NCBI GenBank assembly: GCA_046482545.1
Contig: JAWOEX010000045.1
Span: 20,069 to 84,068, forward strand
DNA length: 64,000 nucleotides
Reading direction: 5' to 3'
Source of the DNA: Candidatus Thorarchaeota archaeon
GTDB lineage: Archaea; Asgardarchaeota; Thorarchaeia; Thorarchaeales; Thorarchaeaceae
Under the pieces are notes generated by a model. The model was not told the DNA's origin and searched no databases. It was given only the letters and a program-made list of their open reading frames with translations. Position 1 is the first letter of the stretch. Each line of letters begins with the position of its first letter. A program made the position numbers and the translations under genes. Positions 10,861 through 20,123 of this stretch are shown piece after piece.

Positions 10861-10890
10861 GACCTTTCATGTTTGTGAAACTCTTCATAG

Positions 10891-12528
10891 GTGGAGTACA
10901 GATTGGAAAAGAAACTGCTGATTTTTGAGCCATCTGGTGCAAGAATCCTAGTTGATGCGGAAGCGACCTATCTAAAAGCTATACGAGAAAGCGGAAGATA
11001 TGTCCCTGCTGATTGTGGGGGGAAGGGCACATGTGGAAAATGCCGCATAGTGGTACAACCTAGTCCATCCCCAACGAACTCCGATTTGGAGCACTTGTCC
11101 GAAGAAGAATTAGAGTCTGGAGTACGACTTGCATGCCAGCATACCGTTGAGAATAATCGTCGAATCCTAATTCCTTCTGAAGCTGGAGAGGCCAAAATCC
11201 TTGTTGACGCTTTAATTTCCCGGCCGCTAGTCCCTGAGATTGGTGAAGCTGGAGACATCGGTATTGCGATTGATCTTGGTACGACGACAATTGTATGTTA
11301 CTTCATAGAATTAGGATCTGGGACACAGATTGATGTAAGAAGGGAGATTAACCCGCAGATTGCATTTGGCGAAGATGTGATAAACAGACTGACCTATGCA
11401 ATGAACAACCCTGGCGGACTTCAGGAATTGCAGGATGTCGTGTGGTCCAAAATCGCCACGTTGGTGGAAAGCTTTCTTGAAGCAAGTGGAACTGAAAACA
11501 TGAGACTGACAACCGGGGCCATGGTGGGGAATACAGCTATGCATCACCTAGCCTTGGCTCTACCTGTTGAATCACTATCTACAGCCCCGTACAAACCTAC
11601 TGAAACCAAGTCTCGTATAGTACAAGGGTCAGACTTGGGTCTCAGCTGCCTTCCTCAATGCGAATTCTACTTCGCACCTAATATATCGGGTTATGTGGGG
11701 GGTGACGCACTGGGTTTCATTCTGTCACAAGCACTTCACGAGTATCAGGGAGTTGCGCTGGGGATTGACGTAGGAACAAATGGTGAGATAATTGGTGTTG
11801 ATAATGGAGAACTTTATTGCTGTTCCGCGGCCGCGGGTCCTGCCTTTGAGGGTGCTAGAATCGCCTGCGGAATGAGAGCACAAGATGGTGCCATAGAGCA
11901 TATGATAACAGCAAGTTCGGAGGCAGCACCAGAACTATCGGTTCTAGGGAATTCCAAGCCTGTTGGCATCTGTGGTTCTGGAGTTCTTGATGCAATAGCT
12001 GAGTTAAGAAAAGTCAATCTCATCGATAAATCGGGGAGACTTCTGGATGGAAAGCGTATACACAAAATCGGACAGCACGAGAAAGCCTACGTGATTGCAT
12101 CGCAGAATGAGTATGGAATTAAAAAGCCAGTTTTCATCAGTCAGAAAGATGTGCGAGAAGTACAGCTAGCAAAGGCGGCAATTCGAGCTGGCGCTGAGAT
12201 CGTTCTCGATAAGCTTGGCTATACCGCTACCAATTTGGATGCCGTATTTTTGGCAGGTGCATTTGGGAACTACATGAAACCGGAAAGCGCATTGAGTATA
12301 GGGCTATTACCTCCAATAGACTCCGACAAGGTTGTACCAGTTGGTAACGCCGCAGGTGATGGCGCAAAGAGAATACTTGTGTCACATCATGAAAGAGAGA
12401 CCATTGAACGGATTTCGGAGTCCGCTAAATACATCGAACTTGCTTCCCAGATAGAATTCAATGATCTCTTCTCTAGAGCAACTCAACTCACACCTGAAGT
12501 CCCGACTATAGACGAGCTTACATCTTGA
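10891..12528 (+). CDS. ASKHA-type corrinoid reductive activase (RamA/RACE, DUF4445) with N-terminal 2Fe-2S domain
   Basis: CGGKGTCGKC, RLACQ, DLGTTT, DVGTNGE, AAAGPAFEG, GICGSG, LAGAFG. Confidence 0.92.
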   Translation: MEYRLEKKLLIFEPSGARILVDAEATYLKAIRESGRYVPADCGGKGTCGKCRIVVQPSPSPTNSDLEHLSEEELESGVRLACQHTVENNRRILIPSEAGEAKILVDALISRPLVPEIGEAGDIGIAIDLGTTTIVCYFIELGSGTQIDVRREINPQIAFGEDVINRLTYAMNNPGGLQELQDVVWSKIATLVESFLEASGTENMRLTTGAMVGNTAMHHLALALPVESLSTAPYKPTETKSRIVQGSDLGLSCLPQCEFYFAPNISGYVGGDALGFILSQALHEYQGVALGIDVGTNGEIIGVDNGELYCCSAAAGPAFEGARIACGMRAQDGAIEHMITASSEAAPELSVLGNSKPVGICGSGVLDAIAELRKVNLIDKSGRLLDGKRIHKIGQHEKAYVIASQNEYGIKKPVFISQKDVREVQLAKAAIRAGAEIVLDKLGYTATNLDAVFLAGAFGNYMKPESALSIGLLPPIDSDKVVPVGNAAGDGAKRILVSHHERETIERISESAKYIELASQIEFNDLFSRATQLTPEVPTIDELTS

Positions 12529-12654
12529 TTATATGAATGATAAAATGTATGCAGCAATCATATTTCAGAGGCCTAATCATACTTGAAGAATTCATTCGAA
12601 AAGAAATGCAGCAAAGGCCCATAGCTGAGAAGGCATGGAATAAGTCAATCAGAA

Positions 12655-12771
12655 GTACAGACGAGCGGGGTTAGAGAACAGGGAGTTTACCCCTCCTGAC
12701 ACTGTTGAGCACCCTCTACATTTTGCACAAGATTACAACGTTAAGTCGACAGGCCGTCCGGCTACAGACTA
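12655..12771. repeat. ~115-bp conserved structured intergenic repeat, copy 2
   Basis: Direct-orientation match to 1352-1467. Confidence 0.9.
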
Positions 12772-12981
12772 TCTTCGATTTTTTTAACAATCCGTTTGCT
12801 ATTTCCAATTCTATTCGCAAGTCCTCAGTATCCCATTTCTCCAGTTGTTTCTCATAGACGCGGTAATTCTCCTTTGATACTGATTTATACTGAAGAGCAA
12901 AACTGGATTATTTTCATGAAAGATACAATGTTTTCGTCTATCAATATACAGAGGCGGAGAGTGTTATTGGATCTGTGATAT

Positions 12982-13071
12982 TCATCCCTTTCTCTTTGCT
13001 CGTTTCTTGATTATCTTGGCCATTTCTTTCTCGATATCTTCATCGAGAGGTTCAACTTGGTGCACCTCCAG
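12982..13071 (-). pseudogene. 3' remnant of an mttB paralogue
   Basis: Translates LEVHQVEPLDEDIEKEMAKIIKKRAKRKG*, versus LETHEVEPLDKDIEKEMRKIIKKH at the end of 1489..2916. Confidence 0.85.
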
Positions 13072-13381
13072 ATAACCTGTTCCTTACAGTTGCGTAGACT
13101 GCATGAAACTTCTGTGTTCCACCCTTCCCCTGCCAGCGTCACCGCCCCCAAGGCTACCCGAAGGCCCGTGAGTCAGCAGGGGCTTTGTCCGCGTTCATTG
13201 GAACAGGGTTCCTCCCGCGGTCCTGGCTTCCGTCTCCTGTCGTTGCTCCGGGTCACACTCCCGGCGACAGCGAGGTCTTCCACAGTTCTTACCACGGCGT
13301 GGTCATGATCACCCATCTCAGCCTTGTCACCGTAGCCGAGAAGGTCCATTACAGAACGGTGAACAGCCGCGGACTCTCCAG
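13072..13381 (-). ncRNA. 5'-truncated copy (C) of the ~490-nt structured RNA-like element
   Basis: Reverse complement aligns with 58926-59233 (TGGAGAGTCCGCGGCTGTTC...GGGAAGGGTGGAAC...TACGCAACTGTAAG.AAC.GGTTAT); bounded by CTCCAGATA direct repeats at 13066-13074 and 13376-13384. Confidence 0.85.
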
Positions 13382-13639
13382 ATAGACCTCTTTTTGGCTA
13401 GCCTCGATTTTCAGTTCTTCCGTTGCCTTGGCTGATAAGATAAGTCGACTGAATTCTCTAAGATGAATTGCGTTTCGGTTGACCTGATCTGAGAGATTAT
13501 TTAGAACTTCCACTACATTCTTCTCACCTGATTCTATTATAAGATTCAACGTAGCGATTCTTTCAGAATTGATGTAGAGTTGTTGTATTTCATCCTCCCT
13601 CATGCAATAATCTGCGAAAACATTACAGTGTTCAATCAA
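13349..13639 (-). CDS. Hypothetical ORF interrupted by element copy C
   Basis: Runs into the element after ...KEVYLE; removing 13072-13381 joins it in frame to the mttB-like tail. Confidence 0.35.
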   Translation of the reverse strand: MIEHCNVFADYCMREDEIQQLYINSERIATLNLIIESGEKNVVEVLNNLSDQVNRNAIHLREFSRLILSAKATEELKIEASQKEVYLESPRLFTVL

Positions 13640-13785
13640 GCTGATGAAATTACAGAACGTAGTATTATGTATGAACGATCAATCGATAATGTGAGATGGT
13701 GAATCATTTGAATGGAGATTCATCTAGGCTAACAGAATTTCGCTGAAGTGTAGCTCTTTTATCCCACACGAGACAATATTTCACC

Positions 13786-14661
13786 TTGATACATATGTCA
13801 AAACCTTTCAAAGAGCTTCTTGCAGAGAAATTGGCCTACAAGCTTACGAAAGAAGAGCTAAAAGCTTTACCATCCGGCTATCAACGGATCGGTGATATTC
13901 TCATAGTTCACCTACGAGCTAAGATTGCGGAATACAAATCTTTGATTGGTGAGACTATTCTCAGATTGGTTCCGCATGTGAGAACGGTGTGTCAGAAAAC
14001 CGGAGGAATTTCAGGAGCCATGCGTCTGCCAGAAATCGAGGTCATTGCGGGGGATCCAAATACTGTTACAGTGCATAAAGAGAACGGATGTCTCTTCAAG
14101 CTCGATGTCTCCGAAGTGATGTTTGCGAAAGGAAACATTACTGAACGGGCACGCATTGCACAAGAAGTTGGCGAAAACGAGACCGTTGTCGACCTGTTTG
14201 CTGGGATCGGTTACTTCTCCATCCCGATTGCGGTCTTGGCCAAACCAACCCGTATCTACTCAATAGAACTAAATCCAACGAGCTTCAAATTTTTGAAGGA
14301 AAACATCAAAATCAATGAAGTTGAAGACACCGTGACACCTTTACTCGGTGACTGTAGAGATCATGCAGTTCGACTGGCTGATGTTGCAGACCGCGTGATT
14401 ATGGGATATCTGCCTGCGACCTATGAATTCCTGCCAGCAGCCTTTCGGTCTCTCAGTAAGCATGGTGGTATTATCCATTACCACGACGTCTTCCATGAAT
14501 CTGAGATTTTCCAGAGACCCGTAGAGATTCTTGAAGAACACGCGGAGGAAGCGGGTTATCAGGTGGAACGCGTTCTGACAAAACGTGAGGTGAAAAGCTA
14601 TGCACCAAGAGAGCTGCATGTAGTGCTTGACGTTGAATTTGCAGAATCGAACACACGGTAA
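13786..14661 (+). CDS. Trm5/Tyw2 (Taw2)-family SAM-dependent tRNA modification enzyme
   Basis: GYQRIGDI, HKENGCLFKLD, VDLFAGIGYF, ADRVIMGY, VKSYAP. Confidence 0.88.
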   Translation: MIHMSKPFKELLAEKLAYKLTKEELKALPSGYQRIGDILIVHLRAKIAEYKSLIGETILRLVPHVRTVCQKTGGISGAMRLPEIEVIAGDPNTVTVHKENGCLFKLDVSEVMFAKGNITERARIAQEVGENETVVDLFAGIGYFSIPIAVLAKPTRIYSIELNPTSFKFLKENIKINEVEDTVTPLLGDCRDHAVRLADVADRVIMGYLPATYEFLPAAFRSLSKHGGIIHYHDVFHESEIFQRPVEILEEHAEEAGYQVERVLTKREVKSYAPRELHVVLDVEFAESNTR

Positions 14662-14810
14662 GGATTTGAGAATCGACTTTCCGAACTACAGGTAGAGCTT
14701 CTTATCTACCATGAAAAATTATACGCGTCAAACCATCAAATTTCAGCTTGGAGCTGATAATCTTCCTTTGAGCGGGAAATTCAATGAATCGGGGCGAGTG
14801 AGAGAAGGAC

Positions 14811-15133
14811 CGCAGCCTGTGGCCCCTCTATCTCAGAGACTCCCAGCTTGTTCTCATCACAACAGACAGCACACTAGAAAGCGTACTATGGGCCAGAAGA
14901 ATGCTTTCCGATATCCATTCTTGGACCGGGGTGCAATTCTACTGTGCATAGCAAATAAACAGGATATTCCTACCGCACTTACAGGGGAACGAGTAGGAAG
15001 TATCCTAGGAATTGAAACGATTCCACTAACAGCGCTCGATATGTTTGACTCCTTGGAGCGCTCAAGTCTCATAGAGAGGATAATCGATTTCCTTGGCCTT
15101 CGGCGCGATACTCCTCATCTGAGAGCAGTATGA
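14811..15133 (+). pseudogene. Frameshifted C-terminal half of an Arf-like small GTPase
   Basis: One frame reads RSLWPLYLRDSQLVLITTDSTLESV (switch II/beta4-like); the other reads AILLCIANKQDIPTAL...LGIETIPLTA (G4 NKxD, G5); no P-loop upstream. Confidence 0.65.
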
Positions 15134-15211
15134 ACTTGTGTGGTCAGTACGTGGAAGAGATGGCCAAACAGATATTCCTTGACAATCTCATCTGTGTGGT
15201 ATTTTCTCCTC

Positions 15212-15796
15212 TCAATAGCTCGTATAATGAACCATGAAGTAGGCTTGGTCGTGGTCACACGCGGGACATTTCGGTGGGGGAGTATCCCCTTCGTGTCTAT
15301 AACCGCAGTTGGAACAACGCCACTCGATTTTTTCATCCCGCTTGAGAAGAGTACCCTCCTTCAGTTGTTCAGCCAAACCAATGTAGCGCTCGTGGTGCCA
15401 CGTTTCAGCTTTCGCAATCATTCTCCAGGCGGTTGCTATCGTGCTGAAACCCTCCTCCTCTGCTATATCTGCATAATCTGGATACATCTCGGAGAACTCA
15501 TGCTTTTCTCCTTCAGCAGCAGCTCGCAGATTCTCTTCGGTGCTTGCAAGCGGACCGGAAGGGAAATCCCATTCAATTTTCAGCGTTGAGGTTGCTCCTC
15601 CTTCCTTTAAGAATTTGAAGAAGCGTTCAGCGTGCTCCTTTTCATGACCGGCAGTCTCTTTGAAAATATCTGCAATGTGGGGAAACCCCTCTTTCTTTGC
15701 TAGACTCGCGTAGAAGGTATACCTCATTCGAGCTTGGCTTTCTCCAGCGAAAGATGTCAGCAGATTCTTCTCGGTTTCTGTTCCTCTCAAATTCAT
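15212..15796 (-). CDS. rbr: Rubrerythrin
   Basis: FAGESQARMRY, EKEHA, GEKHE, ETWHH diiron ligands plus WRCSNCGY...CPACDH rubredoxin domain. Confidence 0.95.
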   Translation of the reverse strand: MNLRGTETEKNLLTSFAGESQARMRYTFYASLAKKEGFPHIADIFKETAGHEKEHAERFFKFLKEGGATSTLKIEWDFPSGPLASTEENLRAAAEGEKHEFSEMYPDYADIAEEEGFSTIATAWRMIAKAETWHHERYIGLAEQLKEGTLLKRDEKIEWRCSNCGYRHEGDTPPPKCPACDHDQAYFMVHYTSY

Positions 15797-16150
15797 CCGT
15801 GATTACTCCTTACCTTGCTGCTCTAGATACTTCCTGTTATCAATGCAGAGGTCAACAAGTATCCGTTTTCTCGTTGGTCTTCTAATAAGACTGGAGTTAG
15901 ATACGCCTAAGTTTACAGCTAATCGACCTCGACCTACGGGGCCCTATCCATGATTGATGCACTGTTTATGCTACTCAGCACAAGCGATTTGATTGTAGAA
16001 CTGGGCCTGATTGTGGTTTGAGAATCATGTGTTAACCGTGTGTATGTTCTTGACCGTTTTTACTAGTACTTCGGGTGACTATGAACAACGACGGATATCG
16101 GTTGTTGGTGCTTTTATGATACACTACGATACTCATTTGGGGAGCAACAA

Positions 16151-17302
16151 TTGGAACGTGACGAGCACATCATTGAAGCAGCAAAATGGCGCCAGTACGA
16201 CCTTCTGAATCAACTGGTAGAACGAGAAATATCTGAATGGGGATGGTTAAGCATCAAGAAGATATTCCTTGTACGCGAGAACAAGATTTCTCTTCCCCGG
16301 ATTAGGGATGCTGTTCTTCATCTCTTGGGACTAGATAGTGTTCGGGGCATTGATACCGGTTACGAAACCCTGCTGCGCAATAGAGATGTAGGTGGCGAAT
16401 CACTTGCCAAGGTTAGAGAGTCTGCTCATGATATTGCGAATGAAATACTCTCGGACATGATTGAGAACAGGAATACCTACCTCCTTGATATTGATGCTAT
16501 GTCAATTGGACCCTTTGCAGTACTAATACCGGATATACTGGATGCGAGAAGAGCCGAGATTCTTGACCTTCCTTCACATTGCACAGTCAGTAATATGGTT
16601 GAGACAGCCTATGGCTATTCTGTTCTCACAACATGTGGCTCCTTGACTTCAAGTAGGCAAGAGGGCTTTCAACGTATGAGGACAGCGATGAATGAGATTG
16701 CAGAAGAGATGGATACGGAAATTACAATCAGCTCCTCACCGCTGCAACTAGGCAACCGCATCTCTGGTTTTGAAAACTGCAGTCGCTGTACACGAGATGT
16801 CCTCTGGCACATTCTTAGGATGATGACTTACAGAGGTAAACAGGCTGTTCGGAAATCTGCCAAGTTCGTCAGAGATCATGCAGACTCCCGTTTCCTACCT
16901 TGGTTACATCGCTATCTATCCGATGCTAAGCTCTACTACACTGCTGTCAAAATCATGAAGGCACTAGGGAATATTGGACACCCCTCATCAGCTGACTACC
17001 TGCTTCCTTTTACCCGTCGTAGGGGCAACTGGGGACGAAGCTCAATCAATGCGTTAGCAAATCTCTCAGGCAATGATACTGCCAAACTGCTCATCAAGAC
17101 TGTCAATACTCGATACCATCGTATCTATCGGCTTTATCGTCTTCTCAGTAACCGCCCTCCGGAAGAGGTTCTCCCACTCTTGGAACAACTGGATGACGAT
17201 TCCAACGGTTACTCAAACCGGTTGATTAACCGTCTCAAGACACGGAAACAAAAGGAATTACACGAACGGGAAGCGGCTCTTGCGTCTCGTGAAAGAAACT
17301 GA
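16151..17302 (+). CDS. HEAT-repeat-containing protein
   Basis: C-terminal KALGNIGHPSSADYLL-type repeats; paralogous to 28081..29256 (NTYLLDID / NTFFIDIE; VETAYGY / VQTYYGF). Confidence 0.65.
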   Translation: MERDEHIIEAAKWRQYDLLNQLVEREISEWGWLSIKKIFLVRENKISLPRIRDAVLHLLGLDSVRGIDTGYETLLRNRDVGGESLAKVRESAHDIANEILSDMIENRNTYLLDIDAMSIGPFAVLIPDILDARRAEILDLPSHCTVSNMVETAYGYSVLTTCGSLTSSRQEGFQRMRTAMNEIAEEMDTEITISSSPLQLGNRISGFENCSRCTRDVLWHILRMMTYRGKQAVRKSAKFVRDHADSRFLPWLHRYLSDAKLYYTAVKIMKALGNIGHPSSADYLLPFTRRRGNWGRSSINALANLSGNDTAKLLIKTVNTRYHRIYRLYRLLSNRPPEEVLPLLEQLDDDSNGYSNRLINRLKTRKQKELHEREAALASRERN

Positions 17303-17459
17303 ATAGGAATCGAGTCCATCTTACTATCTGCTTCTTTTGACACCTATCTTCTCATTTGTTTGGTCACTGAGAAGCAGAATAACTCAGAAGACACATATCC
17401 TTTTCAGGAAGAATCATTTGTCACTGTAAACCATACGTACCTGATTAGGGGAAGGTGCC

Positions 17460-18416
17460 TTGGTCAATCAAGAGTCAATAAGCGAGAACGCTGACCTAGA
17501 CGAAATACAATGTAATCGGGACCTAGAGTATCAGCTGTTTAGAGTGAACAGTGATTATTTGATTGACAACACTTTCATCCTGAGGTCAGACAGCTCGCTT
17601 GAGATACTCCTTTCTCCTTGGATTGTAGGTGCAAATCTTGCTGGAAGCGCACAAATCAGCAGTGCTGAATTCCTCCGCGTCGCCTTCGAGATATGTCCTG
17701 AACTTCGAGAAGCAACCCTTGAACAGGTCGCTGAAATTGTTCCTCTTGCCGGTGCTCTATACTATCGTATGACACAGGCATTTCAGGAGATCTTTGGTGA
17801 GACACTTAACCGCTGTTTCGTAGGGGCCCAGAGAAGGAAGACCACGGATGGTTGGATTACGGACTTATCATATGAGAATTATGAAGCAATGCCTTCAAAT
17901 GCGGTTGTACTGATTGGTGATACTATTGCAACCGGGGGAACCCTGCAACGTATAATCCGCATGACTCTGAAACGCGGTTCTGATATTAGCGCTATAATCA
18001 TATTCTCAATAGCAGGTGGTGTTAAGGGAGCGGCACGTATCAGCTGCTATAGTGAGACGATTGGAATTCCTGTTTATCAATTCTATTCCAACGCCATCTT
18101 CGGCGTGGCACCCAATGGTACTGACATGTCGTGGTTGCACCCAGCAACAATCTCTTCGCCTGAAGCTCTAGAACGGGCTATTGCAACATATGGAAGATAT
18201 CTCTCTAAGAACTGGTGCACCGTGTGGGATTGGGGTGAAAGAGCAAAGCAACCAGTGAAACATCTTCAGCGGGTCTTGGCCGCATGTAAGATAGAGCGGC
18301 AACGGGATTTGTCAGCTAAAACCCTTTCCAAGATTGAGAACATCGCTCAGAAAACACAGCATGTTTTGGACCACTGGAAGACCAAGCTTACAGAAATACG
18401 GAACACTCAATCCTGA
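17460..18416 (+). CDS. Type I phosphoribosyltransferase-fold protein (UPRT-like)
   Basis: PRPP-loop VVLIGDTIATGGT. Confidence 0.65.
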   Translation: MVNQESISENADLDEIQCNRDLEYQLFRVNSDYLIDNTFILRSDSSLEILLSPWIVGANLAGSAQISSAEFLRVAFEICPELREATLEQVAEIVPLAGALYYRMTQAFQEIFGETLNRCFVGAQRRKTTDGWITDLSYENYEAMPSNAVVLIGDTIATGGTLQRIIRMTLKRGSDISAIIIFSIAGGVKGAARISCYSETIGIPVYQFYSNAIFGVAPNGTDMSWLHPATISSPEALERAIATYGRYLSKNWCTVWDWGERAKQPVKHLQRVLAACKIERQRDLSAKTLSKIENIAQKTQHVLDHWKTKLTEIRNTQS

Positions 18417-18562
18417 AAACTAGTACCCAAATTGAAGTCCAAGAAGGGACAATCCTGTGTATTCTATCATTGGTTTACTTGAACATCCCTGCCGTCAAAG
18501 AATACTTCGGTCAATAGAATGAGCCTAACTGAACCGTACACTTCTTTCATTTGCTGTGTGGA

Positions 18563-18586
18563 TATTTAGAACATGTGTTCTAAATA
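18563..18586. promoter_or_regulatory. Palindromic operator-like site
   Basis: TATTTAGAACA-TG-TGTTCTAAATA perfect 11-bp arms; near-identical site at 20052-20071. Confidence 0.55.
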
Positions 18587-18743
18587 ACTCAGTTCGAGTG
18601 CTGGCTTCACACAATTATCCCATGGATGTTCATCGTATTGATGTCCAAAAGATTGAACTTCTATTCCTTCTCGCCCCACGATGTGTATTTGCTCAATTGG
18701 TCACATGACAGAGATTATTTTGAATTAGGCGAGAAAACCATCT

Positions 18744-19031
18744 ATGATTGACATTCGGCTTTATGGTAAGTTCCGCAAACTTGTAGATGGAAGCAAGGCA
18801 AGCGAAAACACAGTATTAAGGGTAGAATCCAAGATTAGTGAGACTTTTGGAGATTTGCTTAAACGATTGGGATTGGATTCAAGCGACATAGGTGATTGCT
18901 TCATCAATGGAAGATTGACAAAGCTCTCAGATAAAGTGGAAGATGGTGACAGAATAGGCATCTTTCCTTTCAATATGAGACTAATTGACGGGGGTATGCA
19001 TCTGAAGTACCATCCCCAGCGCCGGACATAG
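18744..19031 (+). CDS. MoaD/ThiS/SAMP-like beta-grasp protein with internal GG
   Basis: IRLYGKFR, FINGR, VEDGDRIGIFP...DGG followed by 11 extra residues. Confidence 0.75.
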   Translation: MIDIRLYGKFRKLVDGSKASENTVLRVESKISETFGDLLKRLGLDSSDIGDCFINGRLTKLSDKVEDGDRIGIFPFNMRLIDGGMHLKYHPQRRT

Positions 19032-19033
19032 TG

Positions 19034-19921
19034 TTATTTGACAGTTTCAACCCGGGTTTCTGTTTTTGAGGATCTTGAAGGCGAAGCAGCAGAATCTCCG
19101 TTTTTCACTTTAAGGAAATAGATCGCCATTATTAACAGATAGAGGAGGTATACGGTGACTTCCAATGCTGATGGATTTCCGTTGTATCCAAAGATGCTCT
19201 TTGCCAAGCTTCCAATAATACCATCTTCATGTAATGGGTGGACAGCACCTCCCGGTAACGAGGGTGGATTTATGTTCCATATCTCGAGAGGGCCAATAAT
19301 AAGAAAACCTGCTTCCTGTAATTCATGTATGCCATATGCCAACATTCCTGCTGCAAATAGAATGAGGATGATAGATGTCCACTTGAAGAATGCACTGAAG
19401 CTAAGTTCAAGGGATCCTCGATAAATCCCCACGCCTACTGCAGTTGCAAGAATGAGCCCAAGAGTAAGCCCAACGTACGTCTGATACCCCTCCCGGATTG
19501 CTAGCGCTACCGTGAATAGAACTATTTCCACTCCTTCTCTGAGAACTAGCGCGAAGCTTAGTCCTATGAGCCCCCATCTCCCATTTTCTTGCAAGCTACT
19601 GGTCATCGACTCTTCAATATCCAAAGATATTTCCTTCCCTTTTCTCTGCATCCACACAATCATCGTCGTCAGCAGAAGTGCCGCGATGATAACCAGCACA
19701 CCTTCAAAAATCTCTAGTACTACCTCTTCTACACTACCCCAGATTACTACTACTCCCGCTCCAATCAGAATACTCACGATACCGGCCAAAACGAGACCCG
19801 AAAAAACATAGATGTTCATTGCGGATTGATTCGATTTGCGGAGATACGCAAGCATAATCACTATGACCAAAGCTATCTCCAATCCTTCTCTCAGAGCAAT
19901 CAACAGTACTGCTATCAACAA
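19034..19921 (-). CDS. FTR1-family iron permease
   Basis: Two REGLE/REGVE motifs; 7 TM segments. Confidence 0.92.
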   Translation of the reverse strand: MLIAVLLIALREGLEIALVIVIMLAYLRKSNQSAMNIYVFSGLVLAGIVSILIGAGVVVIWGSVEEVVLEIFEGVLVIIAALLLTTMIVWMQRKGKEISLDIEESMTSSLQENGRWGLIGLSFALVLREGVEIVLFTVALAIREGYQTYVGLTLGLILATAVGVGIYRGSLELSFSAFFKWTSIILILFAAGMLAYGIHELQEAGFLIIGPLEIWNINPPSLPGGAVHPLHEDGIIGSLAKSIFGYNGNPSALEVTVYLLYLLIMAIYFLKVKNGDSAASPSRSSKTETRVETVK

Positions 19922-20051
19922 ATGCCACCAATCCCGTTCTGTTACTAGTGTACGTTATGAATAACTATAGTTAATTACACTTATGCCTTTGGATATGGTT
20001 GTTACAATAATCTTTCCAAATGTATTCCGGTAATTTTCTACATTGTCATAG

Positions 20052-20071
20052 TTTAGAACACGTGTTCCAAA
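20052..20071. promoter_or_regulatory. Palindromic operator-like site upstream of FTR1
   Basis: TTTAGAACA-CG-TGTTCCAAA. Confidence 0.5.
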
Positions 20072-20123
20072 TTTTCGACTCTATCCGAGCCAACCTGCCT
20101 GTTCTTTTGCTCGAGTTCTTTCA

